Assembly (NCBI GenBank): GCA_033442325.1
Contig: JAWQFM010000016.1
Coordinates: forward strand, 677,318-689,520
Reading direction: 5' to 3'
Length of the DNA: 12,203 nucleotides
Source: Salpingoeca rosetta
Taxonomy: Eukaryota > Protista > Choanoflagellata
Shown: positions 6,222 to 12,203 of the stretch, piece after piece
How positions within the stretch are numbered: position 1 is the first letter of the stretch
How the letters are laid out: every line of letters starts with the position of its first letter
The notes under the pieces: generated by a model
Seen by the model: the letters and a program-made list of their open reading frames with translations, nothing else
Database searches by the model: none
What the model was told of the DNA's origin: nothing
Position numbers and translations under genes: made by a program

Positions 6222-8408
6222 ATGGCTGTGTGTCTTTCTGCCATCCTACACGTTCTTTTGCTCTTGTGTTCAGCCGCCTCAACGTCCTCAACCCCACTTC
6301 AGCCACTCAAAACGGTGTGGTTCAACAGCAACAACAACACCACCAATATCAACCACAACACCAACAAGAACAACAACAAAGTCAACTACAACAACGCCGG
6401 CGGAGTCACGGCCCGACATCAGAACCCCAGCATCTTCGCACCGGTGCGATGCAAGAACCCAATTCCACTGGCATCCATGTTTAAAGGGGGCGTGGACCTG
6501 ACTGCGGTCGAGCTAAACGCGCTCCCTGAAGCCAGCATTCGAGCCGACATATTGGACTGGACATGCTCCCAAGGCAACACATACAATGACTATGACGTCC
6601 CTGACCAAATCGTAGGCCTTCGCCCCATTCCTTCTTCTGAATGCTCCATCGCGTCTTGGTCCGAGTCATTCCTGTTCAAGGCGTTTGAACACCTCTCCCT
6701 CGACTTCTCCGAGAATTACTTCTTCGGCCTGCTCTCCACTTCCAACACCTTTTCGGAATCTATGTCTGCCATGGTTTCAAGCAACGCCCATGTCGGTGTG
6801 GCCGCCTGCAGCGTGACAACGTTTGAGGTTATCCTCGCACCAGCTTGGATGCTGACGCCCGGCGAGAACCTGGTCAGGGCCATTCAGCACTTTGTTGGCG
6901 CAAATAGCACCATTCGTCCGTACAGGCATCAGCCCGACCACCTTATGCGACGCCAGCAAGAGGGGCGACGACAGCAAAGGGGAAGGCACGCGCCCACTCC
7001 CCAGGATGCAGCGGGCACGCGGTGTGTCCCATTTTCTGCGGACACGGTGAACAACTACAACCAGCTTATTAACATGTTTGGCACTGGCTTTCTCTCGAAC
7101 GGCACGGTGGGAGGCGTGGCACAGTACTTCTTCGCGTCAGAGAACATTGTGACAGACTTCATGGCCGAGGGCGACATAGCGGCGTCGGCCAAGGCCACGC
7201 TATTCAACCTCGTTTCAGCGGCCGGGGGTGCTTCTGGGCACATGGACGTCAACGCGCATTTCAATGAAACATTGGCATTCAGCTTTTCGCGCGCTTTTGG
7301 CGGTGATGTGTCCCCATTTGGAAAGCAGCAGCAGTGGCAGACCTGGGAGAAGAGCGTGTTTGACCACCCCAGCGTGGTGCAAGTGCAGACGCAGAACCTC
7401 TCCAGCCTAGTGCTGCAGTGGCACGAGGACTGCGGGCAACAACTTGCACTCGCAGAGCAGAACTACAACCTGCGCGCCTTCCTGGGTTCCCAGGTCACGC
7501 AGTTGCTGCAGCTGATCTCCAAGTACCTGACGTCCCAGCAGTGGCCCACGTGTGAGTTTGGGCCAAACTCCACGCATTGCCTGCCACACAATCTTGTTAA
7601 CCAGAGCAGCGCACTCCAGAGCAACATCAAGCATGTGCTCAGCAGCAAGCCCGTGACGCCACTCGGTACCGCGTTCCTCATCGCTGCAGAGGTGATTCGC
7701 CTGGTGAAGCAGGTCCCATATCCAGCACCGAAACGTACCCATTCACAGTGGAAGTCCCAGCACTCGGGCGCCATCTCCAACGCAGCGTTTTGCGGCTTGG
7801 CACAGGCGCAGGTTGGCTTTGACACGTCCGTTGGCAACCAGGGCATCTCAATCGCCCCAGCAACGTGGGGAGCAAGCGGTGGCTACACGCGGTGGAACTA
7901 CAACTCAGGCAGCAACTATGGCTTCGGCGCCACCAACTGCATTACGTACACGAGCGCACAGGACATGGCTGTGGGCGACAGCGACTATAACGTCACGGTG
8001 ATTGACACTCACAGCGCCAGCACGCTGCAGCTTGGCGCCTACTGGCTCTGTGTTCCGGCCACGTTTCAATCTGGGTTCGATTCCATCGTCGGAGATGCCG
8101 ACCTGTCCGTCACGGTGGATGGCAACGGCGTGTGGACGTACCAGCAGCATGGCCACAAGCCTGACATGTCCACTGTTATCTGCGCCAAGCACTCGATGCC
8201 GAACGTGCCAGAAAATGTGGTTCAATACACGAGCGTGCACGACGGGCAGGTCGTCGACAAGCACTTTGTGTGCTGGCTTGGCGGGTTGCATTATGGTCAC
8301 AACTCGAACATTGGCAACCAATTCGCCGCCATCCAGCAGAATAAGGACGGCACGTGGACCTACACCAACACTCAGCATGAGCCAGCCACCATTACTTGCG
8401 TTGGCTGA
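6222..8408 (+). CDS. Secreted MACPF/perforin-like pore-forming protein with a three-repeat beta-rich C-terminal domain, ~728 aa
   Basis: Uninterrupted ORF (an in-frame upstream ATG also exists at 6177). ATG 6222 begins a signal-peptide-like segment MAVCLSAILHVLLLLCSAAST. MACPF landmarks occur in order: FKGGVDL, YDVPDQI, signature YNQLINMFGTGFLSNGTVGG (F/Y-G-T-H-F-x6-GG with H>G, 7077-7115), FGGD and WQTWEKSVFDHPSVVQVQTQNLSSL. Confidence 0.88.
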   Translation: MAVCLSAILHVLLLLCSAASTSSTPLQPLKTVWFNSNNNTTNINHNTNKNNNKVNYNNAGGVTARHQNPSIFAPVRCKNPIPLASMFKGGVDLTAVELNALPEASIRADILDWTCSQGNTYNDYDVPDQIVGLRPIPSSECSIASWSESFLFKAFEHLSLDFSENYFFGLLSTSNTFSESMSAMVSSNAHVGVAACSVTTFEVILAPAWMLTPGENLVRAIQHFVGANSTIRPYRHQPDHLMRRQQEGRRQQRGRHAPTPQDAAGTRCVPFSADTVNNYNQLINMFGTGFLSNGTVGGVAQYFFASENIVTDFMAEGDIAASAKATLFNLVSAAGGASGHMDVNAHFNETLAFSFSRAFGGDVSPFGKQQQWQTWEKSVFDHPSVVQVQTQNLSSLVLQWHEDCGQQLALAEQNYNLRAFLGSQVTQLLQLISKYLTSQQWPTCEFGPNSTHCLPHNLVNQSSALQSNIKHVLSSKPVTPLGTAFLIAAEVIRLVKQVPYPAPKRTHSQWKSQHSGAISNAAFCGLAQAQVGFDTSVGNQGISIAPATWGASGGYTRWNYNSGSNYGFGATNCITYTSAQDMAVGDSDYNVTVIDTHSASTLQLGAYWLCVPATFQSGFDSIVGDADLSVTVDGNGVWTYQQHGHKPDMSTVICAKHSMPNVPENVVQYTSVHDGQVVDKHFVCWLGGLHYGHNSNIGNQFAAIQQNKDGTWTYTNTQHEPATITCVG

Positions 8409-8527
8409 ATGGACGAAGCTTGCCACAGCGCACGTGCGTTTCCGGTCCATTTGTGTGGGAACATCGTGACACTTTTCGCCTGGTTCTCTTTTCTTGCGCG
8501 TTCGTTTCTGTTGTTACATGACAGCGC

Positions 8528-8572
8528 TTTTTTTTTTTTTTGTGTGTGTGTGTGTGTGCGTGTGTGTGCGTG

Positions 8573-8668
<96 letters not shown>

Positions 8669-8711
8669 GCGTGTGTGCGTGTGTGCGTGCGTGTGCGTGC
8701 GTGTGCGTGTG
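8528..8711 (+). repeat. T14 followed by a long (TG)n/(TGCG)n microsatellite between the MACPF and EDEM3 genes
   Basis: Direct reading. Confidence 0.95.
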
Positions 8712-9121
8712 TTTTGTTCTGTGTTGCACACGCACGATGCGTGAGTTTGTGTGGTGGGAGTTGGCCGTTACCGGACGTTCCTGGACCCTCCCTTACTGCG
8801 TTGTGTGGTGTTACATCTTACCCCTGTTGCAAGATCATCGTCATGTGGTTGAAGGAAGTGAACAAATCATCCCACCAGCACCATCATCATCCATGCGCCT
8901 CTTGCTTGAGAATGAAGGGCTCTGTCAACCTCGACATCAAAAACAGTAGCGACAGCAAGATGGCGCCGTTGCTCAGCCGAACCGCCAACGATGATGATCC
9001 TTTGATGATGATGTTGATGACAATGACAATGACGGGTGCTGGCGACAGCGCCAAGGCCGCTGCGGGATCATGCGGCGACAATGGATCGACAACAAGCAGG
9101 AGGAGGAGGAGGAGGAGAAAG

Positions 9122-10691
9122 ATGGACTGGAAAAGCGTGTCGTGCTTGCTGATGGCGTTGCTGCTGCTGTTGCTTTCAACCGGGCAAGGCGCGGTTGCCA
9201 TGAGCAGAGCACAGCGCTCAGCGCTCGCGTAAGCATTCGGGGGTGGACATGCTTGTCGTGATTGTGTGGTCATGCGTGGACATGTGTGGACATGTGCGTG
9301 CATGTACACATGCTTGTCAATCGACAGTGCTTGTTGCTGATCATCGGTGGGGGGCGGTGTTGCATTTGGGAGAATTAAGTTGCACGTTCAGGAGCCTTGT
9401 ATGTATCTGACTTGCCTTGCTCGGCATCTTGTTGTTGCGTGCTCATCTGCAAACAGGGCGCAAGTGCAAGAGATGTTCCAGCACGGTTACGATTCCTACA
9501 TGGTGTGTTTGTGGTTGTGTGCCCAGGTCCACATATGCATGTGCGTCCCTCCCCGCGCGCGTGCGCGTGTGCGTCTGTGCAAACAGCTCGCGAGCATGTT
9601 CTTGACGGTTGGGAGCCATTGGAAGAGCTGACATGCAAGCACGCATCATGCTTGGCGGTTCTGCAGGAGCATGCATTCCCTGCGGACGAGCTGATGCCAC
9701 TCAGCTGCCGTGGGCGAATCAGAGGCATTACACCAACTCGAGGAGACATTGACGATGCACTCGGCCGGTACGCAAGTAGAGAAGTATGTGTAAGTGTGTG
9801 TGTGTGTGTGTGAGCGTGAGTGTGCGTGAGTGAGTGTAAATGTGTGTGTGTGTGTGCGTGAGTGAGTGTAAATGTGTGTGTATGTGTGCGTGTGTGTGTG
9901 TGAGCGTGTGTGTGTGTGAGTGTGAGCGTGTGTGTGTGTGTGTGTGTGTGTGAGCATGTGTGTGAACACTTGTGCGCGTGTACACCTGCGTGCGGCGCGC
10001 TTCGTCGTTCTGCTCATTGTTTGCACTTGCACGAACTTCCAACAACTGCCAGGTTTTCTTTGACGCTTGTGGATTCGCTCGACACACTGGCGGTGCGATT
10101 GTTTCCATCGACAGCACGCGTGCTGCTGTGACTTGTCTGCTCTCACCCCGCAGCGACTGCACAACCGATTACTCAACGGGCATTTCAGTTCCCAAGCGCT
10201 TGCTTGCTTCACAGCTGCATGCACTCACGCCACCATCTCTGGCGTTGCAGGTCCTGGGGAACATCAGCGAGTTCAAGCGGGCTGTTGGGTTGACCTTGCA
10301 ACACGTGTCATTCGATCGCGACATTGTCGTGTCCACATTCGAAACGAACATTCGCGTGAGTTGCGTGCGTGTGTGGGGGGGGGGGGAGGCGGAGCGACAG
10401 TGACAGTGCAAACCCACAACTTCCTCGGGAATCACTTGCCATGCTACTGGCCCTGATGCCCCCACCCTTCCACCACCACCACATCATGATCTTGTTCCAT
10501 TGTCAGATGCTGGGCGGGCTGTTGGGTGCGCACGCGGTCGTGCTGGATTTGCGGACCAAGCATCCCGTGCATGCGCGTGACCCCTTCTTTGCACAGTACG
10601 ACGGACAGCTGCTGGCGCTGGCCGTTGATCTCGGAGACCGCCTCCTTGCCGCGTTCAACACAAACACAGGTCAGCATGTGCTCTGTGTGTG

Positions 10692-10773
<82 letters not shown>

Positions 10774-11199
10774 CGTGTGTGTGTGCGCGCGCGCGCAGAA
10801 TTGTGCTGTGTGTTTACATGTGGGTATGTGTGCACGTGATCTTCTATGAACATGCGCTGTGGGTCGATCGTGTCAACCTCCACATCGTGGTCCATTCATG
10901 ATCGCTCTTGCAACGTCATCCTAGCGCACCAGTGCACACGATATTCATAACCCCCAACGCCCATCACTGTACACCTCAATCCCGCTATCTTCCCCACCAC
11001 TGCGCAGGGCTGCCGTATTCGCGGGTGAATCTCCGCCGCGGCATCGACGATCCGCTGGTTCGCGCCAACGACGTCACGTGCACCGCGTGCGCCGGCACCA
11101 TCATCATGGAGTTTGCAGCCCTCTCACGCTTCTCCGGCGACAGCAGATTCGAGGTGGGCAGGACTTAGAAGAGGGCAGGAGGGATTTGATGTCGTGAAG

Positions 11200-11238
<39 letters not shown>

Positions 11239-11837
11239 TGTGTGTGTGTGCGTGTGTGTAGACGTGTGTGTGTGTACGTGTGTGTGTACGTGTGTGTGTA
11301 CGTGTGTGTGTGTGTGTACGTGTGCGCGCGTGCGTGTGCGGAGGTTGTTTTGTGCGGTTGAAGGCGTGTGGGTGAGATGATCCATGCACACACGCGTGGC
11401 CCAGTGTAGTTGCATGCAGATATGTGTGCTCATGCGAATGCCATCGTATCACACCGCAGAACGCTGCGCGTCGAGCACTCGAGTTTCTGTGGCAGAGCCG
11501 ACACCGCAAGACGCATCTGGTCGGCACGACCATCAACATCACCAGTGGCGCGTGGATCAGACAAGGTGTCGTGGACAAAAACGTGTGCCCGTGCGACTGT
11601 GCTCACGTTGCACGCACCTTGCACGCACACTGCCGCAGAAATAGCACCTGCTGGCCATTTGAGCTGATGTGTGCTGGCATGGCTGTGGTGGTTGGATTTG
11701 TACTGTCGTCATTCTTCTTTCTCACCTCCTGTCTTCTTCTTCTTGGAACACATGTTGCGACAGAGAGCACCGTTGGCGCCGGCGTAGACAGCTTCTTTGA
11801 GTACCTCTTGAAGGCATTCATCCTGCTCGGTGACCAG
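9122..11837 (+). CDS. EDEM3: ER degradation-enhancing alpha-mannosidase-like protein 3 (GH47), 3'-partial, multi-exon
   Basis: Phase-consistent exons: 9122(or 8960)-9228, 9457-9502, 9667-9767, 10053-10092, 10251-10355, 10507-10669, 11008-11153, 11460-11565, 11764-11837. A signal peptide is followed by [112 protein letters not shown] and [21 protein letters not shown]. The [12 protein letters not shown]...RGD.DDALG and TCTACAGT motifs are typical of the EDEM3 subfamily. Confidence 0.93.
9795..9965 (+). repeat. Degenerate (TG)n microsatellite, intronic
   Basis: Includes a duplicated unit gtgcgtgagtgagtgtaaatgtgtgtg. Confidence 0.9.
10684..10796 (+). repeat. (TG)n/(TGCG)n microsatellite, intronic
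   Basis: Direct reading. Confidence 0.9.
11201..11340 (+). repeat. (TG)n microsatellite with TACG interruptions, intronic
   Basis: Direct reading. Confidence 0.9.
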
Positions 11838-11987
11838 GTGTGCAGTCGTGCGGGAGGCGAGGTTGTGTCGTGTGCACATGGCCTCGCTTGCGCACATTAT
11901 TTTTTTGGCGTTTGTTGTCCTGTGCCCATTTGCATCCGTTGTGCACTCAGTCGCACACGCTCATGCTTACACGCACTCATTGCGCTT

Positions 11988-12073
11988 TGTTGTTGTTGTT
12001 GTTGTTTAAGTTGTTGTTTTCATTGTTGTTGTTTTCATTGTTGTTTAAGTTGTTGTTTAAGTTGTTGTTTAAG

Positions 12074-12119
<46 letters not shown>

Positions 12120-12121
12120 AG

Positions 12122-12170
<49 letters not shown>

Positions 12171-12171
12171 G

Positions 12172-12203
<32 letters not shown>
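11988..12203 (+). repeat. (GTT)n microsatellite with TAA/TTCA interruptions, running off the window end
   Basis: Direct reading; lies in the EDEM3 intron that starts at 11838. Confidence 0.95.

Noticed and set aside
7905-8450. 181-aa minus-strand ORF
   Set aside because: Antisense to the MACPF C-terminal domain, with no independent coding signal.
3274-8960. Transposon carrying the TPR and MACPF genes
   Set aside because: No transposase, terminal inverted repeats or target-site duplication found by eye; T14 at 8528 is the wrong polarity for a retrocopy poly(A) tail of the plus-strand MACPF gene.
11988-12203. Telomeric repeat or CRISPR-like array
   Set aside because: No TTAGGG-type unit and no unique spacers; it is a simple trinucleotide repeat inside an intron.

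Overview
Eukaryotic, intron-rich, microsatellite-laden DNA. The style (short GT-AG introns packed with (TG)n/(CA)n, GC-rich codons, an 'FVSHAW...TPR' gene) suggests a choanoflagellate such as Salpingoeca rosetta; this is inferred, not proven. I resolved four protein genes by manual splicing. (1) The 3' part of a probable TFIIIC large subunit (GTF3C1/Tfc3-like), + strand, 9 exons, 597-3273. (2) A two-exon minus-strand gene, 6074-3733, encoding a TIR/HET-like N-terminal domain plus nine ~42-aa TPRs. (3) An essentially intronless, secreted MACPF/perforin-like gene, 6222-8408, whose C-terminus is three Cys-bracketed beta-rich repeats. (4) The 5' part of an EDEM3-like GH47 alpha-mannosidase, + strand, 9 exons, ~9122-11837, continuing past the window. 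The most interesting element is the head-to-head pair of genes 2 and 3: their ATGs are 147 bp apart, and they form an intron-poor block between two heavily spliced housekeeping genes, a candidate defence/attack module. Most other ORFs in the track are microsatellite or antisense artefacts.
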